Source: Comamonadaceae bacterium (GTDB lineage: Bacteria; Pseudomonadota; Gammaproteobacteria; Burkholderiales; Burkholderiaceae_C). Taken from it: 64,000 nt of DNA. The notes under the pieces were generated by a model. That model made no database searches. It was given only the letters and a program-made list of their open reading frames with translations, and was not told the DNA's origin. This document shows, in pieces, positions 10,223-19,540 of the stretch (position 1 is its first letter; every line of letters begins with the position of its first letter). The translations under genes and the position numbers were made by a program. The stretch is from assembly GCA_030602185.1 (NCBI GenBank), contig JAUWAE010000001.1, positions 1,184 to 65,183 of the forward strand, in the 5' to 3' direction.

Positions 10223-10759
10223 ATGGGCAAACAGGCAACGATCGTGCTGGCAGGCGGCTGTTTCTGGTGCACCGAGGCGGTGTTCGACCGGGTGCGCGGG
10301 GTGCTGGACGTGGAGTCCGGCTATTGCAACGGCCAGCTGCCGGCGCCCACCTACGAGGCGGTGTGCACCGGCACCACCGGGCATGCGGAGGCCGTCCGGC
10401 TGGTCTACGACCCCGACACCATCGGGCTGCGCCAGCTGCTCGAGATCTTTTTTGCCACCCACGACCCGACCACCCCCAACCGCCAGGGCCACGATGTGGG
10501 CACCCAGTACCGCAGCGGCATTTACTGGACCGAGGCCGCCCAGGAGCCCGTGGCGCGGACGCTGATCGCCGAGCTGGAGGTGGAAGGGGCTTTTGGTGCC
10601 CCCATCGTCACCGAGGTGGCGCCCCTGCACAACTACCACCCGGCCGAGGACTACCACCAGGACTTTTTCGCCCGCCATCCAGGCCACGGCTATTGCCTGG
10701 CGGTGGCCGCGCCCAAGGTGGCCAAGCTGCAGCGCGTGTTCGCCGACTGGGTCAAATGA
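10223..10759 (+). CDS. msrA: Peptide-methionine (S)-S-oxide reductase
   Basis: ORF 10157-10759 trimmed to ATG 10223. It has the GGCFWCTEAVF active-site motif. Confidence 0.9.
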   Translation: MGKQATIVLAGGCFWCTEAVFDRVRGVLDVESGYCNGQLPAPTYEAVCTGTTGHAEAVRLVYDPDTIGLRQLLEIFFATHDPTTPNRQGHDVGTQYRSGIYWTEAAQEPVARTLIAELEVEGAFGAPIVTEVAPLHNYHPAEDYHQDFFARHPGHGYCLAVAAPKVAKLQRVFADWVK

Positions 10760-10787
10760 CCGGGGCGACCGGGGCTACACTCCCCGC

Positions 10788-11747
10788 GTGAATGTCGCTG
10801 CCCACCCCGTCTTTCAGTCGCTCACCCCGGTTTTCCTGCTGATCGCTGCCGGCTACGCCGCCGGCCACCGCGGCTGGATCCGCGGCGAAGCGGTCAAGGA
10901 CCTGTCCAACCTGGTGTTCCTGCTGCTGATCCCGGCGCTGCTCTTTCGCACCATGAGCGGTGTCCGCCTGGAACAGCTGGACCTGCGGCCCATCGGGGCC
11001 TATTTCCTGGCCGCCGGGTTGCTGCTGGCGGTCTCGATCGTGTGGCGTGGGTTCAACTGCCGCAGCGTGGTGCTGGGGCTGGCTGGCACCTTTTCCAACA
11101 TGGTGATGATCGGCATCACCCTGGTGGGGCTGGCGTATGGGCAGGCGGGGTTGGTGACCTTGCTCACGCTGGTGTCGGTGCATGCGCTGATTTTGTTGAC
11201 GGCGGGCTCGGTGGTGCTGGAACTGGCTGCCGCCCATGGGATGCAGCGCGAGGGCGGCCCCGCCCCACGGCTGGCGGCCACGGCCTGGTCGGCCATCAAG
11301 GGCTCGCTCATCCACCCGATCCCGCTGCCCATTGTTTGCGGGCTCTTGTTCGCCCAGACGGGCTGGACCCTGCCCCTGGTGGTGGACCGGCCCTTGCAGT
11401 TGCTGGGCAATGCGTTCGGGCCGCAGTCGCTCGTGCTGGTGGGCGTGAGTCTGGCGCGCACGCCGATGGCCGGGCACTGGTCGCTGGCGCTCAAGCTGGC
11501 GCTGTCGAAGAACCTGGTGCTGCCGGTGCTGGTTGGCCTGAGTGCCTGGGCGTGGGGCATCGAGGGCCTGGCCTTGACGGTGATGGTCGTGGCCGCAGGG
11601 CTGCCCACCGGTGCCAACGTGTTCTTGTTCGCGCAGCGCTACCGGGTGGTGGAGGATGTCACCACCGCGGCCATGGGCGTGTCCACGGTGCTGGCGTTGT
11701 TCACGCTCAGTGCGGTCATGCTCGTCATGTCGTGGCTGGTGGCTTGA
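10788..11747 (+). CDS. AEC (auxin efflux carrier) family transporter
   Basis: In-frame GTG at 10788 within ORF 10593-11747. The protein is polytopic and begins VNVAAHPVFQSLTPVFLLIAAGYAAG, a typical AEC N-terminus. Confidence 0.7.
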   Translation: MNVAAHPVFQSLTPVFLLIAAGYAAGHRGWIRGEAVKDLSNLVFLLLIPALLFRTMSGVRLEQLDLRPIGAYFLAAGLLLAVSIVWRGFNCRSVVLGLAGTFSNMVMIGITLVGLAYGQAGLVTLLTLVSVHALILLTAGSVVLELAAAHGMQREGGPAPRLAATAWSAIKGSLIHPIPLPIVCGLLFAQTGWTLPLVVDRPLQLLGNAFGPQSLVLVGVSLARTPMAGHWSLALKLALSKNLVLPVLVGLSAWAWGIEGLALTVMVVAAGLPTGANVFLFAQRYRVVEDVTTAAMGVSTVLALFTLSAVMLVMSWLVA

Positions 11748-11799
11748 GCAGGCCGGCCACGCACCGCTATTCCGGGGTCTTCATTCACACCGCCACACC

Positions 11800-12162
11800 A
11801 TGAACTGGCTGCAACAACTGCCCGTACCGGTGCAGACCATCGGTCTGCTCATCGCATCCAATGTGTTCATGACCCTGGCCTGGTACGGCCACCTCAAGCA
11901 CCAGGCGAACAGCACCTGGTACGCCGCGGCCCTGGCGAGCTGGGGCATCGCGCTGTTCGAATACCTGCTGCAGGTACCGGCCAACCGAATCGGCCACGCC
12001 CAGTTCAGCGTGGCCCAGCTCAAGATCATGCAGGAGGTGATCACACTGAGCGTGTTTGCCCCGTTTGCGGTGTTCTACATGAACGAACCGCTGAAACTGG
12101 ACTACCTGTGGGCGGCGCTGTGCATGGTGGGCGCGGTGTATTTCATGTTCCGCGCAGCCTGA
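11800..12162 (+). CDS. Small DMT-superfamily membrane protein (DUF486-like)
   Basis: ATG 11800 within ORF 11611-12162. It is 120 aa with 4 hydrophobic segments (LIASNVFMTLAWYGHLK...). Confidence 0.6.
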   Translation: MNWLQQLPVPVQTIGLLIASNVFMTLAWYGHLKHQANSTWYAAALASWGIALFEYLLQVPANRIGHAQFSVAQLKIMQEVITLSVFAPFAVFYMNEPLKLDYLWAALCMVGAVYFMFRAA

Positions 12163-12175
12163 CCGGCATCCGGGC

Positions 12176-12664
12176 TCACTGGCTGATCTTCAACCCTTCC
12201 TCGATCTGGTATTCGAAGTAGCGCTGAAAGCCAAACGCCAGCCCTGACATCAGCCCGATGGCGCCAAACATCAGTGCGAACACGATGGCGCCGATGGTCA
12301 GCCAGTTGGTGTGGCCGGCGGGGGCATCGTGGGCCAGGGTGGGGTTGTGCCAGGCATTCCATTGCTCGGGCGTGCGCAGGGCGTAGACGATGGCCGTCAG
12401 GCAGGCCACGGCAATGCTGAAGCCGAGCAAGGGCAGCAGCAGCCACGAGAGTTTGTCGTCCTGGCCGTAGGTCAGCACCCGGTCCACCCCCCAGAGTCCG
12501 AGGGCAGTGGGGATCGCGTGCGCCCAGGCCCACACGTCCTGCCAGCCGTAAAGGTAGAGGCGGTGCCAGCCAAAGACGCCACCGGTCAGGGCCAGCCAGG
12601 CGGCCACTGTCTTGCTTTTGGCTTTGGGGTGGGACGGGGTGCTCGAGGTCAGGGTGGAGGTCAT
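12176..12664 (-). CDS. TM2 domain membrane protein
   Basis: ATG 12664 within ORF 12176-12775. It has the TM2-like motif LALTGGVFGWHRLYLYGW. Confidence 0.55.
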   Translation of the reverse strand: MTSTLTSSTPSHPKAKSKTVAAWLALTGGVFGWHRLYLYGWQDVWAWAHAIPTALGLWGVDRVLTYGQDDKLSWLLLPLLGFSIAVACLTAIVYALRTPEQWNAWHNPTLAHDAPAGHTNWLTIGAIVFALMFGAIGLMSGLAFGFQRYFEYQIEEGLKISQ

Positions 12665-12684
12665 GAGACGTTCAGTTCGCAATG

Positions 12685-13209
12685 TCATTGCGCCTGGGGT
12701 GGGCAGCGTTCGCCGAGCCCCAGGCTTTTTTCCATCAGTACGATGTCGAGCCAGCGGCCGAACTTCCAGCCGCACGACGCCACGGTGCCGGTGTGCACAA
12801 ACCCCAGGGCGCGGTGCAGCCCGATGGAGCCACCGTTGGCCGAGTCGCCAATGACCGCGATGGCCTTGCGCATGCCGGCCGCTTCGCAGCGGGCCAGCAG
12901 CTCTGCCAGCAGGGCACGGCCAAGGCCACGGCCCGCCACCTCGGGGGCCAGGTAGATCGAGTCCTCCACCGCGTAGCGGAAGGCCGCGCGCGGCCGGAAC
13001 CAGTTGGCGTAGGCAAACCCGACCACGGAGCTGCCGTCGTCCAGCACCAGCCAGGGCAGGCCCTTGCGCAGCACGTCGGCACGTCGGGCGGTCATCTCGT
13101 TCACAGAGGGGGGCTCGGTCTCGAAAGTTCCGGTGCCTTGCAGCACGTGGTGACGGTAAAGGCGGGTGACCGCGTCGAGGTCGTCGTCGCGGCTGTCTCG
13201 GATCAGCAT
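12685..13209 (-). CDS. GNAT N-acetyltransferase, phosphinothricin/methionine-sulfoximine acetyltransferase-like
   Basis: ATG 13209 within ORF 12685-13368. It has the acetyl-CoA motif VAGRGLGRALL and PAT-like context (FAYANWFRPRAAFRYAVEDSIYL). Confidence 0.7.
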   Translation of the reverse strand: MLIRDSRDDDLDAVTRLYRHHVLQGTGTFETEPPSVNEMTARRADVLRKGLPWLVLDDGSSVVGFAYANWFRPRAAFRYAVEDSIYLAPEVAGRGLGRALLAELLARCEAAGMRKAIAVIGDSANGGSIGLHRALGFVHTGTVASCGWKFGRWLDIVLMEKSLGLGERCPPQAQ

Positions 13210-13243
13210 GGCGTGGCCTGTGGCATCAAATTGTCTGGCTGGG

Positions 13244-13249
13244 TATAAT
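13244..13249 (+). promoter_or_regulatory. Candidate -10 box (TATAAT) for the rpsP operon
   Basis: A perfect TATAAT sits in the context gggTATAATGcg, 84 nt upstream of the rpsP ATG. No good -35 element is present. Confidence 0.35.
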
Positions 13250-13333
13250 GCGCGGTTTGCAGCGTTTCGCTGGCCGGGTGGCCAGTCGTGTGTCTCAGGC
13301 GTTGCGAAAGAACTACCACCCGAAGGATAAACC

Positions 13334-13594
13334 ATGGTCGTCATTCGACTCTCCCGCGGCGGCGCCAAAGCCCGTCCGTTCTACAACATCGTCGTGGCCG
13401 ACAAGCGCAACCGCCGTGACGGCCGTTTCATCGAGCGCATTGGCTTCTACAACCCCCTGGCCAAAGGTGGCGAAGAGCCCCTGCGCATCGCCCAGGACCG
13501 CCTGACCTACTGGCTGGGTGTGGGTGCCCAGGCCTCCGAGACCGTCGAGCGCCTGATCAAGCAGGCCGCCAAGGCCGCTCCGGCCGCTGCCTGA
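13334..13594 (+). CDS. rpsP: 30S ribosomal protein S16
   Basis: [41 protein letters not shown]. Confidence 0.95.
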   Translation: MVVIRLSRGGAKARPFYNIVVADKRNRRDGRFIERIGFYNPLAKGGEEPLRIAQDRLTYWLGVGAQASETVERLIKQAAKAAPAAA

Positions 13595-13616
13595 GTCTGA
13601 GCGTCCCCGCGCTGTC

Positions 13617-14201
13617 GTGACCACCGTGTCCGGCCTGACGCCTGCGACCCTCCCCGCCGATGCGGTGGAGCTGGGGCGGGTGCAGGATGCGTGGGGCATC
13701 AAAGGGTGGGTGCGCCTGCACCCCCACAGCACCAGTGCCGATGTGTTGCTGCACGTCCGGCATTGGTTCCTTCAGCCGCCCGAGGGCCGTTATGCCCGTG
13801 GCTTCGATGCGTTCACCGGCGTGGTGGCGTGCGAGGTGGCCGAAGTCAAATCCCACGCCGATGGCCTGGTGGCCCGGCTCGTGCCGGTGGCCGACCGCAA
13901 TGCTGCTGAGGCCCTCAAGGGCGCGCGCATTTTCGTCTCCCGTGCCGACTTTCCACCGAGCGACAACCCCGACGAGTTTTACTGGGTCGACCTGATCGGT
14001 TTGTCGGTGGTCAACCGCGAAGGTGTCGAGCTCGGTGTCGTGCACGATCTCTTGTCCACCGGTCCGCATTCGGTGTTGTGCCTCGAATACCGCGAAGGCG
14101 ACAAGCTGCGCGAGCGCATGATCCCTTTCGTTTCGGCCTACGTTGACCAGGTTGACCTGGCCGCGCGCCGCATCACCGTCGACTGGCAACCCGATTACTG
14201 A
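13617..14201 (+). CDS. rimM: 16S rRNA processing protein RimM
   Basis: GTG start. The protein begins GRVQDAWGIKGWVRL and has a PRC-barrel C-terminus. It occupies the conserved rpsP-rimM-trmD-rplS position. Confidence 0.9.
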   Translation: MTTVSGLTPATLPADAVELGRVQDAWGIKGWVRLHPHSTSADVLLHVRHWFLQPPEGRYARGFDAFTGVVACEVAEVKSHADGLVARLVPVADRNAAEALKGARIFVSRADFPPSDNPDEFYWVDLIGLSVVNREGVELGVVHDLLSTGPHSVLCLEYREGDKLRERMIPFVSAYVDQVDLAARRITVDWQPDY

Positions 14202-14233
14202 GCGCCGCGGTGGCCGCAGCGCCCGGCTGAACC

Positions 14234-15022
14234 ATGCGCTTTGACGTCATCACCCTGTTCCCCGAGCTGTTCGGGCCGTTCCTGAACCACGGCATCAACC
14301 GGCGTGCCTACGCGTCCGGTCAGGTCGAGGTGCGCCTGTGGAACCCGCGTGACCACGCCGAGGGCAACTACCGGCGCGTCGACGACCGGCCGTTTGGCGG
14401 CGGTCCCGGCATGGTCATGATGGCCGAGCCGCTGTACCGCTGCTGGCAAGCCATCCGGGCCGACCGGGCCGAGGGCGAGCCGGTGCCGACGGTGTTGTTC
14501 TCGCCCCTGGGGAAGCGGATGGATCACGGCGTTGTGGCCGAACAGGCCGAAGGGCGCGGCGCCATCCTGGTGTGCGGGCGCTATGAGGGCATCGACCAGC
14601 GTTTCATCGACGCCTGTGTTGACCTGCAGTGGAGCCTGGGCGACTTCGTGCTGTCGGGCGGCGAGCTGGCCGCGTTGGCCCTCCTCGACGCGGTGGCCCG
14701 CTTGCAGCCCGGCGTGCTCAACGACGAAGGCAGCCACCAGCAGGACAGTTTCAACCCGGCACTCGACGGCCTGCTCGACTGCCCCCACTACACCCGGCCC
14801 GAGTCCTGGGACGGCCCGGCCGGGCCCGCGCCGGTGCCACCGGTGCTGATGTCGGGGCACCACGGGCAGATCGAGGCCTGGCGCCGCCAGCAGCGCCTGA
14901 GGCTGACCGCGGAATGCCGCCCCGACGTGCTGGAGGCGGTGCGGGCCCGCGGCGCCTTGTCGCCCAAGGACGAGGCATTCTTGCGGGACCAGACCGGCCA
15001 GATGCCGCGACCAAAGCCTTGA
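14234..15022 (+). CDS. trmD: tRNA (guanine37-N1)-methyltransferase
   Basis: MRFDVITLFPELF... and the GRYEGIDQR motif. Confidence 0.95.
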   Translation: MRFDVITLFPELFGPFLNHGINRRAYASGQVEVRLWNPRDHAEGNYRRVDDRPFGGGPGMVMMAEPLYRCWQAIRADRAEGEPVPTVLFSPLGKRMDHGVVAEQAEGRGAILVCGRYEGIDQRFIDACVDLQWSLGDFVLSGGELAALALLDAVARLQPGVLNDEGSHQQDSFNPALDGLLDCPHYTRPESWDGPAGPAPVPPVLMSGHHGQIEAWRRQQRLRLTAECRPDVLEAVRARGALSPKDEAFLRDQTGQMPRPKP

Positions 15023-15048
15023 GTCAGCGATGGCTTTCGGGCTATAAT
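15019..15048 (+). promoter_or_regulatory. Candidate sigma70-type promoter for rplS
   Basis: TTGAGT (15019-15024), 18-nt spacer, TATAAT (15043-15048), in the context ggcTATAATGga. It overlaps the trmD stop. Confidence 0.4.
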
Positions 15049-15155
15049 GGAGAGCTTCGATCCTCTGGCGGCCGTCCGCTGCCGCGTCAATCCTTCGGTT
15101 GACCGTGCAATGGGCCTTTAGTGCAGCGCGTCCATGATCGAGAGTCAAGGAAACC

Positions 15156-15512
<357 letters not shown>

Positions 15513-15528
15513 GCGACCGTTGCTCCGC

Positions 15529-15559
15529 AAAAAGCCTCCGTGGTCCACGGAGGCTTTTT
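15529..15559 (+). terminator. Rho-independent terminator after rplS
   Basis: Hairpin gcctccg-tggtcca-cggaggc (15534-15554) followed by TTTTT, with an A-run on the 5' side. Confidence 0.8.
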
Positions 15560-15659
15560 GCATTTGGGGGCCGTCACGCCAGATCGTGCCCGTGCAGTAC
15601 GATACGTTGCCCATACCTGTCCTGCGATGCTAGGCTGGGTGCCTGCGTAAAATACTCCA

Positions 15660-17012
15660 ATGGGTATGAACAAGCCGACCACCGACGACCCGTACGCCGA
15701 GCCCCTGCGCGCGCTTCCGCCAGACGATCCCTTGCGGGAGAGTTTGCACAACGAAGTGCACGCCAGGCCGTCGGCCCGCATCCGCCTGCCGGCCCTGGTC
15801 GTTTACCTGGCCGTGTACAACGAAGGGGTCACTCGAGAGCAGGAATGCGAGCACCTGCGCCAATTGCCAGGGCAGCACGCGTTGACGCCCGAGGACCTCG
15901 CTGGCAACTTCCTGCGTTTGCGCCTGCCCGGCTGCACCCTCAAATGGGAGCGGCACACCGAGTTCACTCGCTACTCGCTGGTGCAACCCCTGCCCGAGAC
16001 CGCTGCGCTGGGCAGCCGCGAGCCAGAACTGCTGTCGCACTTGGTGCTGCCGCCGCAGTGGTGGGCTGCTGTGCCCGGGCGCACCTTCTGCGCCATCAAG
16101 CTGGCCATGGTGCCGGGCGATCTGTCGGCCCCCGCCGAACGCCTGACCGATGCCCGGCAATGGTTCGACGATCACCCGGTGGTGGCGTCGCTCATGGGCA
16201 GCCATGCGCATTCCATGGTCGTGACCGATTTCGTGCTGCGCGACAGTGGGTTCGAACGCATGCTGGTGGTGGCCCCGCCAGACACCACCGAAACCCGCGC
16301 GGGCCGGATTTCGGCCCGTCTGCTTGAGCTGGAAACCTACCGCCTCATGGCCTTGCGGGGCTTGCCCGTGGCCAAGGGGCTGGCGCCCGAGTTGGCCGAG
16401 GCCGAGCAGCAACTGGCACGCATCACCGCCGACCTCGAGCGCAAGTCGTCGTCCGACCAGGCGATGCTCGATACCCTGGTGGGCCTGGCCGCCCGGGTCG
16501 AGAAGGCGATGGCCGAGCACGTCTACCGGTTCTCGGCGACGCGGGCTTACGACACGCTGGTGGCGCAGCGCATTGCCGAGTTGCGCGAGCGGCCGATCCA
16601 GGGCACCCAGACCATCGGCGAATTCATGCAGCGCCGCCTGTCGCCCGCCATAGCCACGGTCGCGTCTACCGCCCAGCGGCTCACCTCCTTGTCGGAGCGG
16701 GTGGCCCGCACCAGCGCATTGCTGCGCACCCGGGTTGACATCGCCACCGAGGTGCAAAACCAGCAGCTGCTCGAAAAGCTCACCCGCGGCCAGGAATTGC
16801 AGCTGCGGCTGCAGAGCACCGTGGAGGGGTTGTCGATTGCCGCCATCTCGTACTACGTGGTCAGTCTGCTGCTCTATGGCGCCAAAGCGCTCAAGACAGC
16901 CGGTGTACCCATCCACCCGGAGATGACGGCCGGTGCGCTGATCCCGCTGGTGCTCTGGAGCGTCTGGCGTACCACCCGCCGCATCCACGCGAAGCTGCAC
17001 GCTGGCCACTGA
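15660..17012 (+). CDS. DUF3422-like membrane-anchored protein
   Basis: 450 aa. N-terminus reads LHNEVHARPSARIRLPALVVYLAV...KWERHTEFTRYSL, and there are two C-terminal TM helices. Confidence 0.6.
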   Translation: MGMNKPTTDDPYAEPLRALPPDDPLRESLHNEVHARPSARIRLPALVVYLAVYNEGVTREQECEHLRQLPGQHALTPEDLAGNFLRLRLPGCTLKWERHTEFTRYSLVQPLPETAALGSREPELLSHLVLPPQWWAAVPGRTFCAIKLAMVPGDLSAPAERLTDARQWFDDHPVVASLMGSHAHSMVVTDFVLRDSGFERMLVVAPPDTTETRAGRISARLLELETYRLMALRGLPVAKGLAPELAEAEQQLARITADLERKSSSDQAMLDTLVGLAARVEKAMAEHVYRFSATRAYDTLVAQRIAELRERPIQGTQTIGEFMQRRLSPAIATVASTAQRLTSLSERVARTSALLRTRVDIATEVQNQQLLEKLTRGQELQLRLQSTVEGLSIAAISYYVVSLLLYGAKALKTAGVPIHPEMTAGALIPLVLWSVWRTTRRIHAKLHAGH

Positions 17013-17033
17013 AGCCGGGCAGGTTTCACCTTG

Positions 17034-17075
17034 GACAAAAAAACACCCTGCGCAGGCGGTTTGCTGCGCAGGGTG
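17034..17075 (-). terminator. Rho-independent terminator after the cytochrome c4 gene
   Basis: A 12-bp perfect stem, caccctgcgcag (17044-17055) pairing with ctgcgcagggtg (17064-17075), with an 8-nt loop. On the minus strand it is followed by TTTTTTT (plus-strand A-run 17035-17043). Confidence 0.8.
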
Positions 17076-17095
17076 TGTGGAACCCTCACTCCCGC

Positions 17096-17707
17096 TTATT
17101 TGCTGCTGAGGTATTCCGACACCGCCGCCATTTCGAGCTCGGTCATCCGCTCGGCCACGGCATGCATCACCGCATTGTCATTGGTGCGCTGGCGCTTGTT
17201 GAACTGCTTGAGCTGGGTGAACAGGTAACCCGAGAACTGGGTGGCCAGGCGGGGCAGGTGCGCCGCGCCTTCGCCGGCTACGCCGTGGCAACTCGCACAC
17301 GCCGGTACACCGCTGAACTTGTTGCCCGCATGGTAGATGTACCGCCCCATGGCGGCCAGCTGGGGGTCTTTCGCCTCCTCCGCAGGCAGACGCATCTTTT
17401 CGTAATACCGGCCCAGTGCCAGCATTTCGTCTGGGGTCAGCCTCGATACCATGTCGACCATGGCCGTGCTCTGGCGCTGGCCGGACTTGAAGGCCTCCAA
17501 CTGCTTGGCGATGTACTCGGCGTTCTGCCCGGCCAGGCGCGGGAACACCTCGCTGGTGGATTCGCCCTGCGCGCCATGGCACAGGAAGCACGAGCCTCCG
17601 GCGATTTTCTTGGCCCTGGCCTCATCGGCTTGCGCATGGACCGATCCCACGGACAGCGCCGCCAGCGCCAGCAACACGGCCTGCCCGAACGATGGCTGAA
17701 ACTTCAT
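17096..17707 (-). CDS. Dihaem cytochrome c4-type protein
   Basis: Signal peptide and two CxxCH motifs (CFLCH, CASCH). Confidence 0.85.
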   Translation of the reverse strand: MKFQPSFGQAVLLALAALSVGSVHAQADEARAKKIAGGSCFLCHGAQGESTSEVFPRLAGQNAEYIAKQLEAFKSGQRQSTAMVDMVSRLTPDEMLALGRYYEKMRLPAEEAKDPQLAAMGRYIYHAGNKFSGVPACASCHGVAGEGAAHLPRLATQFSGYLFTQLKQFNKRQRTNDNAVMHAVAERMTELEMAAVSEYLSSK

Positions 17708-17771
17708 TGCATCACCTCACACTGATATTTGAAGGGCAAAAAACCCCGGCGCGGGCCGGGGTGGTTGGGCA

Positions 17772-19055
17772 TCACATCAGCGTGTCGGCCCAGATGTTGC
17801 GGGCCCAGGCCAAGGCGTAGCGGCCTTCCAGCTCGCTGGCAGCCGCCGAGACGCCGCCGGAACCGGGCACCGTGAGCATGGTCTTCTTTTCGGCGTCATA
17901 GCGGTGCACGCTGGCCACGTGCACCACGTCCTCGTCGGTCACGAAGCTGTAGCAGGTGTTGGCGTAGATCGGCAACTGCGGGGGCTCCTTGCCCATCAGC
18001 AGCGACACCACGGCGGCGGCACAGGTCTTGCCGTGCTGGTTGGCCATGTGCCCCGACTTGGGCATGGCCGGTGCGATCTGGATCGCGTCGCCCAGCACGT
18101 GGATGTTCTTCGCCGCCTTGGATTCGAAGGTCAGGAAGTCCACCTCGCACCAGCGGGCGTTGGCGGTGGCCAGGCCCGATTTCACGGCGATGTCGCCCGC
18201 GCGCATGTCGGGCACCACGTTGGCCACGGCGGCCTTGAAGTCGTCGTTGAACTCGAACTTCAGCGTGTTGGTGGCCGCGTCCACGTCCACCACCTTGTGC
18301 TTGGGCCGGTACTCGATCATGCCCTTGTAGTGCTCGTCCCAGGCCTTCATGAACAGGCCCTTCTTCGACTGGATGTCGTCGTTGGCGTCGAAGATGACCA
18401 CCTTGCTCTTGGGCTTGGCCTTCTTGAAGTAGTTGGCCACCATGCAGGCGCGCTCGTACGGCCCGGGGGGGCAGCGGTAGGGGGCCAGCGGGATCGACAG
18501 GGCATAGACGCCGCCGTCGGGCATGGCCTCGAGCTGCTGACGCAGCGCCACCGTCTGCGGGCCCGCCTTCCAGGCGTGCAGCACCTTGTCCTTGGCGCCG
18601 TCCTTGGCCATGCCCGGCAGGGTGTTCCACATGAAGTCGATGCCGGGCGACAGGATCAGGCGGTCGTACGCCAGTTCGCCGCCGCCGGCCAGCTTGACGG
18701 TGCGCTTGTCGGGGTCGATGGCCGTGACCATGTCACGCACCACCTTGACGCCATGGTTCTTCTCCAGGCCGTCGTAAGGGGTGGTGATGTCGGCCAGGCC
18801 TTTGCTGCCGTTGATCACCAGGTTGGAAATCGGACAGGAGACGAAGGCCGGATTGGGCTCGACGAGCGTGACGCGGACCTTGCCTTCCGAGAACATGCGG
18901 GTGTATTTGGCGGCGGTGGCGCCACCGTAGCCCCCACCCACGACCACCACGTGCGGGCCGCTGCCACCACCGGTGGTGGCGCAGCCCGTCATCAGGCCGA
19001 GGGAGCCCAGGGCAGAGCCGGCGGCAAGGGTCTGTACAAACTGACGGCGTTTCAT
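17772..19055 (-). CDS. fccB: Flavocytochrome c sulfide dehydrogenase flavoprotein subunit (FccB/SoxF-like)
   Basis: Twin-arginine signal MKRRQFVQTLAAG, FAD fold VVVVGGGYGGATAAKY, 427 aa. Confidence 0.75.
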   Translation of the reverse strand: MKRRQFVQTLAAGSALGSLGLMTGCATTGGGSGPHVVVVGGGYGGATAAKYTRMFSEGKVRVTLVEPNPAFVSCPISNLVINGSKGLADITTPYDGLEKNHGVKVVRDMVTAIDPDKRTVKLAGGGELAYDRLILSPGIDFMWNTLPGMAKDGAKDKVLHAWKAGPQTVALRQQLEAMPDGGVYALSIPLAPYRCPPGPYERACMVANYFKKAKPKSKVVIFDANDDIQSKKGLFMKAWDEHYKGMIEYRPKHKVVDVDAATNTLKFEFNDDFKAAVANVVPDMRAGDIAVKSGLATANARWCEVDFLTFESKAAKNIHVLGDAIQIAPAMPKSGHMANQHGKTCAAAVVSLLMGKEPPQLPIYANTCYSFVTDEDVVHVASVHRYDAEKKTMLTVPGSGGVSAAASELEGRYALAWARNIWADTLM

Positions 19056-19067
19056 GTTCGTGTCTCC

Positions 19068-19370
19068 TTACTTTTTCTGGGCGGCGAAATAGCCGGCGAT
19101 GTCCTGGATCTGCTCGTCAGAGTAGCCCTTGGAGATCTGGTGCATGATGGTGGCGGGCTTGCGGCCGCTCTTGAAGTCGAGCATCTTCTGGACCAGCTCT
19201 TCCTTGTCCTTGCCGGCCAACGATTCCATGCCCGGTTGGGCCCGACCATTGGTGCCGTGGCAGTTGGCACAGGCGGCCGCCCATACCTTCACCTGGGCTA
19301 CCTGGGCCTGGGCGCCCAGAGCCGCTGCGGCCAAGACGCTGGCCGTCAATACCTGAATGGACCGTTTCAT
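19068..19370 (-). CDS. fccA: Monohaem cytochrome c subunit paired with FccB
   Basis: Signal peptide and CANCH haem site. It lies 12 nt upstream of fccB. Confidence 0.65.
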   Translation of the reverse strand: MKRSIQVLTASVLAAAALGAQAQVAQVKVWAAACANCHGTNGRAQPGMESLAGKDKEELVQKMLDFKSGRKPATIMHQISKGYSDEQIQDIAGYFAAQKK

Positions 19371-19540
19371 CGCGTGTCTCCTTGAGTGGAAGTCTGAAAC
19401 TGCTGAGCCGGGTTTCCCGCTACAACATCTGAAGATACTGATATTTGGATTTTTCGAAATTCTAGGCCGCTACCACAACGCAAGCTTACAGGGTTATACC
19501 GCGGGTGCGCAGGCTGGCAGGGCATGGGCCGGTTCCGTGG

